DNA of 63,580 nucleotides, the filler included, from Choristocarpus tenellus KU-1152 (taxonomy: Eukaryota; Protista; Phaeophyceae): NCBI GenBank assembly GCA_964200185.2. It is 13 parts of 13 records of this genome, joined end to end, with 100 filler letters (N's around TTAATTAATTAA, not from the genome) between each part and the next. Parts side by side here need not be neighbours in the genome. Positions count along the whole stretch, not along the records: positions 9,249 to 13,310 come from CAXNAD020016417.1; positions 13,411 to 17,176 come from CAXNAD020018057.1; positions 17,277 to 20,555 come from CAXNAD020021076.1; positions 20,656 to 23,217 come from CAXNAD020026757.1; 9 more parts are not named here. One strand, 5' to 3'. Position numbers and translations under genes: made by a program. How positions within the stretch are numbered: the stretch's first letter is position 1; each line of letters opens with the position of its first letter. The notes under the pieces are model-generated. The model was not told the origin of the DNA. It worked only from the letters and a program-made list of their open reading frames with translations, and ran no database searches. Positions 9,433 through 20,763 of the stretch are shown piece after piece.

Positions 9433-12087
9433 TCACCTAATCCCATACCAATACCCAGGTGTTCCAACAAGCTCAATCAACTTAGTGCCTGCGAACAATG
9501 GATGCGTTGTGCACTGCTTTGCTGCCAACCCCATACAACTCTAGAACCCTGCTCAACTCATCATCCCCATCCCTCCTACAAAATTATTTTCTTCTACTAA
9601 CATACCTCTTAAAAAATTTAAAAATAATGTCCCGTAAAAAAACAAAAAAACCCTCCCAACATCATCATCAGTTTTAACATATTTTTGGAGCTCAAGTACT
9701 TCCGGGTGGAAGGCCCCCCACACGTGCTCCCATTTCCCTCCAGTTGCCCATTGACTATTCATCAACACGTCCACTACTATGCATGCCCCTTGATGGAGCG
9801 CTGACCACAGGACAAGCTGAGCTAGCAACCGCATCATGAACATCACTGTGAAAACTTTCAGAGGTAAGTTTTAACTCCGACGACAGCGAGGCCCCGAGAG
9901 GTCTCACACGCCTCGCTCTAACAACAGTACCCACCCCCCCCACACACACACACCCTGCCCTTGCCTGAGATATCATTATGATCAAGACGGAGCTCCACAA
10001 GTGACGCCATCCCACCTAACTCGGATGGAATCTTTCCCTTGAGCTGGTTGTGGTCTAGGGTCAACGTCACGAGTCTAGATAGTTTGGAGACCTTGTGGGA
10101 GGGGAGGAAGTGCGGACCAATCAACAGAGAGGAGGTGACATCATCAATGATGTTTGTAGAGGCATGCCTGGTGATATTGTAGGGGGACAAGACCTTGAGC
10201 AGGAGGTGCCTACTAAAACTCTTTGGGAGAGCTCCTTTAGCTCGCTGTTCGAAGTGGCAGGTGACAATCGAGGCCTTACCTGAGACACTCACCTCAACAT
10301 AACTTGGATTCACGCAGACACTCTGTGCTCACATTTAAACCCCTTGAAGAGAAAACCTCTTAATCTCAGGTCTTACTGAGACGCCCTATTTGCGTGACAC
10401 AACCCTCTGAGGAAAGCCAGGTACAGTCAACAAGGGGGGTCTGATTTTCAAATTACTCTCCTGAACCAATCGCATACTCCAGAACAATTTCATTTTTCCC
10501 ACAAATGTCAACGGGAACGTGACATTATGAATCATTTGAAGTGCTAAGTTTCCTCCTGTTAAAGCAGAGATCCCTCAGTCTACCTCAGGCGGAAGAGTTC
10601 CCTCCAGGCAGTTGTGGGAGAGGTGGAGTGTCATTAGACAACTCAATTTCCAAAGAGATGGCGGGAGCATTCCTGTCAGCTGGTTGAAGCTCAGATTGAG
10701 CTCGGCCAAAAATCCCAGACCCTCCCCCAATGAAGGAGGAATAGGGCCTGTCAGAAAATTCCCGTTGGCGATAAACCACTCCAGATGGGAGAGAGAACAA
10801 ATGCTTGAAGGCAGGGGTCCTTTAAAGTGTTCAAGAAAGTAGCGGGGTGAGGTGGGGTGAGGGGTGGATGAAGTGACAAATCAAATGGTTAAAAAAGTGT
10901 TCTAAGTAGGGATTAGCGTTAAAGGTTTAATAACTAATAAGGGATGACGTAGCCCATGTGGTAATAAGGTGTGAAGAAAACAAATCACACAACACACAAA
11001 ATACCTCAATCTTGACACGTGCAAAAACAGATGTACGAGCTCAATGGACCGAGCATGCAGAGCGTGCTGGCATAGAAATCTCCCCTCCAGACTGCGACAT
11101 GTAATGCCCAGTATCCACAACCAAGTAGATTTCTTCGATTGCAGGAAGGGTGCTCACTCCTCCTATGCAATACGCAGCGCCTACTCTTCTCCAAACCCTC
11201 GCAAGCAAGAACACAAAATTCCCTCACTCACCACGTATGCGATTACAGCCGATATGCAGGTATCGTAGCATCTTTAAAAGCCCAAATGACTCGGGCAGAC
11301 GCCCATCCAATCCATTATCTCCCAGTTTCAGCTCCACCACGCGCTGGTGCTTGTCAAGGGACACCCCAAACCATGCAACACCACTGTCCACCCCTCGCTG
11401 CAAGCTAGGTCGTGTGCTGACAGACGAGATGCTACTGTTGCTCCCTGGACTTCTTGCCAGACATTGGGGAGAGAGAGAAGGAGACCCTCCACTTTGTGGG
11501 ACAACAGCCATCCCCATGGGCGATACGGATCGTGCGCTGTTGTCGCGGACAATCTCGGGCCGTTGACCTCCTCCAAGAACCGATTGTGTTCTACTCAGAG
11601 ATCGTTGGTGCCCAAAATGCGGCGGTGAGAGGCACCGTTTGATCTCTTTCGAACCATTCTCGACGGAAAAATCGGTCCCAAGTTCATTCCTGAACGGGTT
11701 CAAACTGCCACACTTGATACTCTGCGCCAAGAAGGGATTGCTTGATGGGGATGGTTTGAGAATGTCACACGTTTGTCCTTTGTCCTTTGGGCTCCTCTCC
11801 TCCCCTGTTCTCTTGACTATATCCTTAAAGGAGTTGGAACCTGGTGAAGGAGGGGATGACCGCATCGTCACCGACCCACGAAGAAGTGAAGCGCGTTTAG
11901 GACTAACACTTCTCGAACTGAGAGCCCAACCAGTGCCCCATCCGGGACTTGTCCTCCAAGTGCCTAGGCCGTTAGTGGAAAGATAGAGGTCGACCAAGCA
12001 AACCCTATCTTGTAGGGAGGGTTCCCGTGGCGACAACGCACGCCCACGACCTTCTCGCTTCCCCCATCCTCCTCTTCGTTCTGACAT
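9433..12087 (-). CDS. Leucine-rich-repeat protein, 4 exons (12087-11232, 10747-10584, 10091-9965, 9488-9433)
   Basis: N-cap DRVCLVDLYLSTNG..W..GW, then WFGVSLD..RVVELKLGDNGLDGRLP and 24-aa LRRs (LNLSFNQLTGMLP, LTLDHNQLKGKIPSELG). Exon phases agree; the last intron needs a GC donor. Confidence 0.85.
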
Positions 12088-12585
12088 CGTAGTGCACAAA
12101 AAATTGGACTATTATGACAAATTCCAAACTCAAAATACAAGGACTACATCACTACTACTACTGCAACTATTACTACTACTAAGTTTGTTGAATAAAAAAA
12201 AAGTGTGTGATTATACATTACCACTATTATGTTAGAAGTTAGGTTGTCATGCTCATTGTAATTAAAGCAAAAAGCAACATGTTGTGAGGTATTTTCAATT
12301 TCAAAGTCGTCTGTGGCGTTTGTTGTATTAGTTCAAGGAAGAGAACTTGAGATATGGGATTGTTGTCCTACACAGGACCTTCAGACACTGATAGGACCCT
12401 TCCTGTTTGTGCAAAGAAGGTATGCAACAAATGAGTGGTATAGAAAAAGGTATAAGAGTTTAAACAGCAAATCTGTACCAAACTATTTTCACTTCTTGAA
12501 ATCTTGATCATCGCTACAAGTCTATCTCCATCAAACTTCGAACCGATCCATTGTTGTATTAAATAAATAATAAAATATATATATT

Positions 12586-13025
12586 CTTTCTTTAGGGCAA
12601 ATAACGACATAAGTGAATCATGTGATTCTGTGACAGACAAACATGCTTTCCACACATACGTATTTTATTATTATGCCCTCTGACATTTTGCAGATGTGTC
12701 AGGAGGGAAACCAATGAAAATTATATACATGCAAAATATCAGAGGGCATAATAATAATATATATATGCATGTCGTTAGCCCTAAAGAAATAAAATATCCT
12801 AAACATAAGAACACTATAATACATTCTAAGTGTGGAAACCACTAATCAGTTACTTCACGACTATGAAATATTGTACTACTGTCTTCCTTAACTTCCCATC
12901 TACCTACCCCTGTGCCCCGCTGGGGGGAACTAAGGAACCATCCCAAGAATCCACATACGTAAATTTTTCATTGGTTTCCCCTTCGACACATCTGTAAAAT
13001 TTCAGAGGGCATAATAATAAAATAC
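12586..13025. mobile_element. Nested foldback / MITE-like element
   Basis: About 61-bp inverted repeats at 12660-12720 and 12965-13025 (TATTATGCCCTCTGACATTTTGCAGATGTGTC..CCAATGAAAA), a partial internal copy near 12730-12760, and a second inverted pair TTTAGGGC..AACGACAT / ATGTCGTTAGCCCTAAA. Confidence 0.85.
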
Positions 13026-13410
13026 AAAATAGTCTGTAATATTAGTGAATATATTTTTCAATGAAAACTATTCACATGTCAATATAAGCCCTAATGGTAA
13101 CTTGGGGGGGAACAGCACCACCTGCACCTACCCCAGAGGTTCACATACTGGCAGCTCATGACGCCAGGATCACAAGGAGGGCTCAGCACAAGATCACACG
13201 CCTCCTCAACAAGATTCGTTTTGACTCCTTCAGGACAAAGCTAGCTGACCTTCCAAATGAGGCCCACCAAGGGAGGGAAAGCTCTTCATTAGCCCTAGCG
13301 CGCCACCGGANNNNNNNNNNNNNNNNNNNNNNNNNNNNNNNNNNNNNNNNNNNNTTAATTAATTAANNNNNNNNNNNNNNNNNNNNNNNNNNNNNNNNNN
13401 NNNNNNNNNN

Positions 13411-13480
13411 CTGAAGGTAACCTATCTTGAACATCATGTAGAAGGTATACCCTGAAGGTGACCTATCTAAAACATTATGA
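13411..13480 (+). repeat. Short ~41-bp tandem duplication at contig start
   Basis: CTGAAGGT(A/G)ACCTATCT..AACAT.ATG occurs twice. Confidence 0.6.
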
Positions 13481-14759
13481 TATTCATGTTACTTTTGTTG
13501 TTTTTGAATGTTGAAGGTAACATCTGCTTAAAGTAAGATTGGGTGATTTTGAGTGCCCTCCAACTCCCCCTCCTTCAGTCTTACTGCCTGTTGACTCTTT
13601 TCCAGAGTTAAGTTCTGGAGATTGCTCTCCCTCTTTGACCTTGTCTCTCTTTGATCTGTCCTCCTGTGGGTCTTCCCGCTCCCCTTCATCACGAAGAACC
13701 TGTCGGCTGTTTCCACCTGTTTCACATATATATAAATATATTAGTATTGTATATTCAGTACTGTCGTGGTATGGAGTGAACACCCAAACACAACTGTTTG
13801 GAGAAATGTTGTGAAGGGATGGCAGCTTGTTCGCAGTAGTAGAGAGGAACAACAGCATAGATGTGGTTTTCCATGTTGGGGCACTGTCGGACTTTTGGCT
13901 CGGCGTCCTATCAGGACAAATGCCCACTCCTGAATGTCACTTTTGCAGAGGTCTAGACAACTTCCCATCGGACCGGATCATCCACAAGAAATGGCGTCGC
14001 TAGCGCAACACTCAATCGAGGTGCGAAAGCGCACTCGCTACGGGGGATCTTTACATCCTTGCAGATTTAATCTTAATATCTTCATGGTGGAGTTGTTTTG
14101 GGCGTAGTGGTCAGCAAGCAGAGATTGTCCTGCATTTTGTGGTCACACAAGATGTCTTAGGGGGGAGAGAGCCTCGGGGTTTCAGTAGGAATGGGGCTGC
14201 CAAGACTCATTTTGAGGCATTCGAGATAGATAGTGTCAGCAATAGATGCCATGCGTTTCATGCTGGAGACACTGGACTGGTTGGCAAGATGGGGCCTCTC
14301 ATATTCTTGGGATTCTTCACTACCTCATATCGCTGGACTAGGGGGATAGCAGTGTGAACATCTTTTCGTGGGGAAAAATGCAACAAGTGCTTATTGTATT
14401 GTAGAACAGAAGAAGAAGAAGGTAATATGGTTAAATCGAAAGCAACAGCTATTTGTTGCAAGAGTTCTTGTATTTTACAGCTCTCCTGCAGTTTTTTTGT
14501 TTGGTCGTTGTCCCTACCCCAACACACACACAAGTACATACATATGTGCAAACACATCAATAGGTATAATATATATTTATCATATTTATGGATTTTCTTG
14601 TACTATTCTAGGTAGAAGTATATCGTCATTCCCCTCTGTTGATTGGCGAATTCCAAGTCCTCAATCAAAGATAACTTTATTCGAAAACACGGTCCCATTT
14701 GATCATATGTGACACTTTGATGCTGTATGACTTGCTCAATAACGTAAGAGTCTAGAGAA

Positions 14760-15020
14760 CTGAGAGGCAGGGAGGGTTGCATTTTGAGGATTCCGAGAAA
14801 GGGCATAAAGACACCATCTTGTAAAACTGCACAGAAAGAGCTTTTGCTGACTTGTGATGTAGGTTGAAAGGACTTTCTGTGTGGAAAGGAGGGATATCAA
14901 TTTTGCCATACACCATTGTGGCAGATAAAGCAAAGAAACAGTGTGTAATTGCACAGCGCAAGAAAGATGGCTTGGCATGCAAAAGAGTCAAAACTTGCCC
15001 AGACCTCTCAATTAGTTTGA
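14760..15020 (+). repeat. Old dispersed repeat, copy 1 of 4 (others ~15540-15650 +, ~15865-16115 -, ~26755-26880 +)
   Basis: Shared blocks GGGTTG..TT.T.AGGAT...GAGAAAGGGC, TGTGTGGA.AG, AAGAAAGA.G.CT and CAATT.GTTTG. Confidence 0.7.
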
Positions 15021-15278
15021 CACTTGATGTTTAGGGAACTTGCAACAAATGGGAATTAAGGGAGAGCTGAAGAACAACTGGTTATGGTGCCTCCAAGAGA
15101 TGACATTATTGCGGGTCTCAGAATCCAGTTAGGAAGGGGTATTTACTTGTACAAGATCCAATCAGGTGGTACAGATGTGTGAAGGATGGCCTAGAAGACG
15201 CCATTTTGCATGCTTGCAGGAAGATCCTTTGCTTAATCATGGTGTCACTGTGTGCGGAAATATCTAAAATATTACTAT

Positions 15279-15531
15279 TGAGTCAAAGTAAAGGAGAGGT
15301 ACCCAGAATCGAATTTTAAGGATAGTGGCAAACATGCACAAAATTCATTTTTTTTTCCAAAATGCTTATAAAATATTTTCCGAATTGTATCGAAAATTTT
15401 TAAACGATAAAGAGATCAACCCTCACAAATCAAACTTAGCACTTCATCCATAGAAATATGGGTGAATCGCAGAAGATTGAAAAAGTGACTTAAAAATGTG
15501 AAACGGCCAAAACCTGGGTTTCTTTGACTCT
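15279..15531. mobile_element. MITE-like element (~250 bp)
   Basis: Left end TGAGTCAAAGTAAAGGAGAGGTACCCAGA; right end CTGGGTTTCTTTGACTC. The left part is homologous to 16625-16700. Confidence 0.6.
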
Positions 15532-16624
15532 TTGCGTAAACTATTGTGCACACGAAGCAACGAAATAGAGCGTAGTGTAGAGGGTAAGAAAGACGGCTTC
15601 GAATGCAAACAGGTCTAAACCTGGCTACCTCCCCATTGGTTTGACTCTGAACAGTCTGGAGTGTTACTGCAATTGGAAAATGCAACCATATCCATCCTCA
15701 CAATAGTTTGGTCCTTGATTCTGGACCTGATGCCTGGTTTGTTCATTGGACTTGACTGCTGGGCCTTTGTCTTTCACCTACCTTCAATTTGAGGTTCTCT
15801 TTGTATTTGCTTCTTCTGTTGTGTATTTGTGAATCGTTACCTTGCTTTTGTTCCCAATCTTTTTGGGCAAACCAATTGAGAAGTGGGCAGGTTTGAACCC
15901 TTGTGGGTTGTAGTCATCTTTCTTACCATGTGCAATACGCTCTATTTCATTTATTTATGCGCATAATATTGTGAGCACAACTGATATCCTCCCCCCTCTC
16001 CACACACGAAGTGACATCACAATGCAGCTACGGCTCGTTCTGCCATTGTATGAAATGGCATATTTTAGCCCTTTTTAGAAATCCTTATAACACAACCCAC
16101 CCTACATCTCACTTGGTTTGCCTCTTTTTTGTTGCATTTCTGCATCTCTGTTCTTTTTTCTTGTCAAGCGCATATCCTTATTCTTCTATATCCTTCTTCT
16201 GTAATATTATTGTATTTCTGACCGTGGGTCGGAGGATGTCGCAACTTGTATTGCTTCTCCGTCCATGACAGCATCAAACTGCAAAATGTTGGAACATCAT
16301 TGAATCGTGCATCAAACTAGAGTGTGTTGATCAACCAACCATACAATCAATAAACCACCATCGCAGAACCGTCGATCCCTTTCCTCTAATGCATTGGATT
16401 ATGCCGCCCCACTGACCATCAACCCACTGCTGACACCTCCTCCCTCGAATGAAGTCTTGGACCTCGTTTTATAGGGTTGCGAATCGAAGTCAATCATTAT
16501 CACTCACATCCTATTGATTTGTCTCAGGCGAGGATTCGTCGTTCCCTTCCTACCGTACCCCCCTGCCCCCCTACCACCCACTACACCACTACCAGCTCAT
16601 CCAGGAATTGGCCCGTCGGCATAT

Positions 16625-16886
16625 TGATTCAAAGTAAACTAGAGGTCCCAGAGTTACATTTTAAGTATGCTAACAAAAATATCCAAAATTCGTCTTTTTG
16701 TACATTTTCCATATAGCGACTTTTCTGTATTCCGCTGAAAAATTTCGGATAAAAGGGAATACAACACTTTCAACTCGATCTTAGTACTCGATAAAAAATA
16801 AGGGTGAACTGTAAAAAATGAAAAAGTGATATGGAAAAAAAAAGTGGAATTAAATGGAAAAATGTGACAAACTTGGATACCTCTCG
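16625..16886. mobile_element. MITE-like element, interrupted by a foldback element
   Basis: Left end TGATTCAAAGTAAACTAGAGGTCCCAGA; right end TTGGATACCTCTCG. Confidence 0.55.
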
Positions 16887-17176
16887 TTTTTTATTATTAT
16901 GTCCTCTGACATTTTGCAGGTGTGTCAGGGGGGAAACCAATGAAACCTTTATTTAGGGCTAATAACGACATATGTATAGTTTTCATTGGTGTTCCTCCTG
17001 ACACATCTGCAAAATGTCAGAGGGCTTAATAATATATAAAATACATATGTCGTTGTTTGCCATAAATAAATGAAATATCCTAAACGTGAGAACACTATAA
17101 AACACTGTAAGTGTGGAAACCACTAATCAGTTACTTCACCACAATCAAATATTGTACTACTGTCTTCCTTATCTTC
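16887..17176. mobile_element. Second copy of the foldback element
   Basis: Hairpin 16890-17035 built from the same arms as 12660-13025, followed by the same tail AAGTGTGGAAACCACTAATCAGTTACTTCAC..TATTGTACTACTGTCTTCCTTA. Confidence 0.88.
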
Positions 17177-19130
17177 NNNNNNNNNNNNNNNNNNNNNNNN
17201 NNNNNNNNNNNNNNNNNNNNTTAATTAATTAANNNNNNNNNNNNNNNNNNNNNNNNNNNNNNNNNNNNNNNNNNNNAGTCAAAAGTCAGTACAAGCTGGT
17301 AGTATTGTGTATCATATCAACAAGAAACAAATGAGTAGCCCATGTTTTAAAACAGATTATCATGTGGGACATTTGTAACGTCCACATGGAAATCAGAAAA
17401 GAGTACTATAATCAGAAAATAATACTATCTACGTATCATATGTACCATATATTATACATCAACGGATAATCTAACATCAGATCCCTACAATACATGAACG
17501 TTGGGTAGAGCTCAACTGAAATATATGGAAACATATATCTGACTCTACCTTTCCTCCACTGGTGGTGTAATAGTGTATCAGTAACACTATCTACGGACAA
17601 TAATCTCTGACGCAATTTTGAAGGTCACGACTTCAAGATGGATAAGATGAAGTGGTTGGTCGAACTCCTTGCAAAAACCTGGTCCAGGGTAGGTCGCTGC
17701 CCAAGTTTGATCAGTGTGGCGATACAGAAAACCTTTCAAGATATCCGGACACCTTTTAACGCCTTTTGCAGACTTTCTGTGAGCACACACACGCGTGACT
17801 TACAAGGCAACAAACATGACAACAAACTTGACGGTGAGACAAGGAGAGCTGCTGAGGCCACTCTGCCCCCTGGAACGACCTTTGGCACCTTCTCTGTCGA
17901 TAGGCGACGAAAAAGCAAGTGAAGTGCGACACTCAGTGCGATGTTAGGTGTCGAGGAAGTGCGAGTAGTGTGGCGTAGCAGCATAATCAAATGGAGAAAT
18001 GGACCACGCAGCCAGGACAGTGATGCTGAGAGAAGATGCATTGAAAACATTATCACACAAACGTGGTTGGATCTTCAACCATGTCATAGCACTGCTCTGC
18101 ATTCACTGCCACCTCGGGAAAGCAGGAAGAGATTGGCAAGCCCACCACTAGGTGGTACAGGGACGAAGTCTGTGGGGAAGCCTGGTCACAGCTGGCGAAG
18201 GGAGAAGCGGGGTGGCTGCCTGAAGGGAAGTTTGGGGAAGAGAGCAGTGCGACTGTGTGTCATTGTGCTCCGGAAAGGCCTAAGCAAGAACCCGGGGGTA
18301 GAATATCTTAGTAGTCGACAGTTGCAGCAGGCCCTGGCTGTTTTGAAGCTGTGCTATCCGGAGTGGCTTGAGGAAACGAGAAAGAAGGTGTTAGGGTTGG
18401 GGTACAAGGACTCTGAAACCCGAAAGAAGGTTGAAAGGGCTCGCAGGGAGAAGGAGGAAGCGATCGTTACAAAGGCAGCCGTGGAGACTTTTCGGATGCC
18501 ACCAAATCCTTTACTTTGAAGAGGTCGCGAAGCAGTGTCTCCCACTTCTTGCAAGATGCTGTACATTCGCTTTTGTTCCAGGATTTAGGGTTGGATGTAT
18601 AAAGTTGATCAAGGCTTTACCCCCACCTGCATTCATTCGAGAAATCAACACATTTTTCGATCAACTCAAGCCTGCCCTCCCTTGCCCTTGCGCCTTGATG
18701 ATAAAATATCACCCGCCCAGCAAACACGGACGACGCCCATTTCCGGCGCTCAACAAGGAAATGTGATAGTAAAGCCTCTAATAATGCGAATCCTGTACCT
18801 GAGTATGTATGACGGGAACGACTGTCAAATTGTGCTCGAGATGGAAACAGGATATGTGATGGTCAGGTCGGAAACTGTGAGTAAATGGGAGAAATCTTGA
18901 AATATTCCACACTGGACCCGCGGCCTTGGTACTTGATGAAGGGCAATGAATAGCTTGATGTAGATATGCAATGTTAATATTACATGGGGCTTGTAGTCTC
19001 AATTCCGTTGACTGAATAGGTGGGTGAGACAATCCTAGACTATCATTACTATTCCTATAGTGTGAGGTTTGCAATTCGTCCACACTAATTTACTATGAAT
19101 CACTTATTTTTTTGTCTTAAGTATATTGCT

Positions 19131-19373
19131 AAAGTATCTTAGAGGGTACAAGTTTTTCCCTGGTTGTCCATTTGGGGCTTGGCTGCCCGCGGGTTTTTAA
19201 TGACATTTTACTTACTCCAAACTATTCCGGAGTAGGTAGAATGTGTATGTTATGGAAAGGACTATCTGAAAAAAGGACATTGGCATCTCCAAACAAAAAT
19301 TACATCAAAATTGCTACATTTGAATTCGGCCGTCAAATGGATGCGGCTCTACCCTCTAAGATACTTCGACTCA
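19131..19373. mobile_element. MITE with 17-bp perfect inverted repeats
   Basis: AAGTATCTTAGAGGGTA (19132-19148) and TACCCTCTAAGATACTT (19350-19366); non-coding; second copy at 9088. Confidence 0.88.
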
Positions 19374-19519
19374 TAGTAAGTGTATCTTGAACATGACACA
19401 GTAATCAATGGACACTATGAGTCAGTACATATGATGTATCTGTCACTGGCTCTCCATCCAATTATTGCATAATCCCACCGGTGGTGTATATAGTGTATCA
19501 GCAGCACTATATACGAACA

Positions 19520-20430
19520 CTCTCCCTTGTTGCGCAGACACTATGCACCCTAAAAATCTACTTCTCTGAAACTAGAGAAAAACAAACATCTGCTAGCTCT
19601 CTCAAAAATAATGTCACAATGATTGAATTTTTTGAAATTTTGCGCGCATTTCTGTTGTACTGTAATGCCTATACTGTTTACTGTAGTATCATGAGTGGCC
19701 TTTTTGCTCATAGTGGTATATCCCACAAGGTGTTTCTCTATATAAATGAGGATCTCTCTGAGATCCTCATCAGCAGACAGTGCAGAGAGACAATTCAATC
19801 ATGATCACAATCAACCTAATTTCAGACTTTCAATCCATGTGCCAATACACCTCGACATGTTTGGCACCCCTCATAGACTTGGCATCAGGCTCCAGTGTCT
19901 GCGCTTTCTCTATGATGGTTGTTGCCTCCTTCAAATTGTAGAGTGTGCTGTGATCGATTCCAAACTTTTGAGTAACAGTAGTTCCCGTCATGGTCTTTAG
20001 GGGTCTCAACATTTCCACGTTCTCTGCAAAGCTCAAACGTTTACGATTATTGGCACCGCAAGGCTTGTTTGTAGGGAGAGACTTTCTCTGTAGATATATT
20101 TGGCTGCACCTTCCCCTTGCCCTTGTTCTTGTTATCGTGGTGCTTCGACGCCGTGTTGTCACCAGCTGGAGGACTCAAGGCCTTGCCCTTGGTGGGGCTC
20201 ACGCACAATTTCCACACACACTTCATTTCGCTGGAGCCAAAATGGATCCATGACACATCAAATGCCATGAAGATAGCCACTACAAATGCGACATTATGGC
20301 ATGTATAGTGTGGCAGACCAGGAATAGTACTCTTTATGTTGCAGCTGGATCCCACTGTACAGGGCATCGTTATACCTGTAGAGTGAGTCCTCTAAACTTG
20401 ATGTTATACACTCTACGTATTGTACTGTAC
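19520..20430 (-). mobile_element. pogo/Tigger (CENP-B-like) transposase remnant, N-terminal HTH region
   Basis: RKRLSFAENVEML..VTQKFGIDHSTLYNLK fits the CENP-B/psq HTH; downstream FERASRCLF..F resembles FKASxGWL..F. A possible TA-CAGT terminus lies near 20428. Confidence 0.65.
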
Positions 20431-20763
20431 AGTACTGAGAGACAAGATATTCCTATGCTTTGTACTGCTGGTCCCGAGCAAGTTTGTACCTTATGTTAAA
20501 GTATCCCCAAAATCATCAAAGAGGATAAAGGTGATAAACCCGGCGAGATTGCTTGNNNNNNNNNNNNNNNNNNNNNNNNNNNNNNNNNNNNNNNNNNNNT
20601 TAATTAATTAANNNNNNNNNNNNNNNNNNNNNNNNNNNNNNNNNNNNNNNNNNNNAAGGAGGATGCAACATTCCACAAACTTTGCCCCCCTTGAAGCACA
20701 AGCAGCCGCCCCCCCCCCCCCCCACTGCTCATGGTTTTCGATAAGACATATCCCTAAACTCAC

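Noticed and set aside
13094-13310. ORF fragment RAQHKITRLLNKIRFDSF, possibly from a non-LTR element
   Set aside because: Short, cut by the contig end, and with no diagnostic motif I can name.
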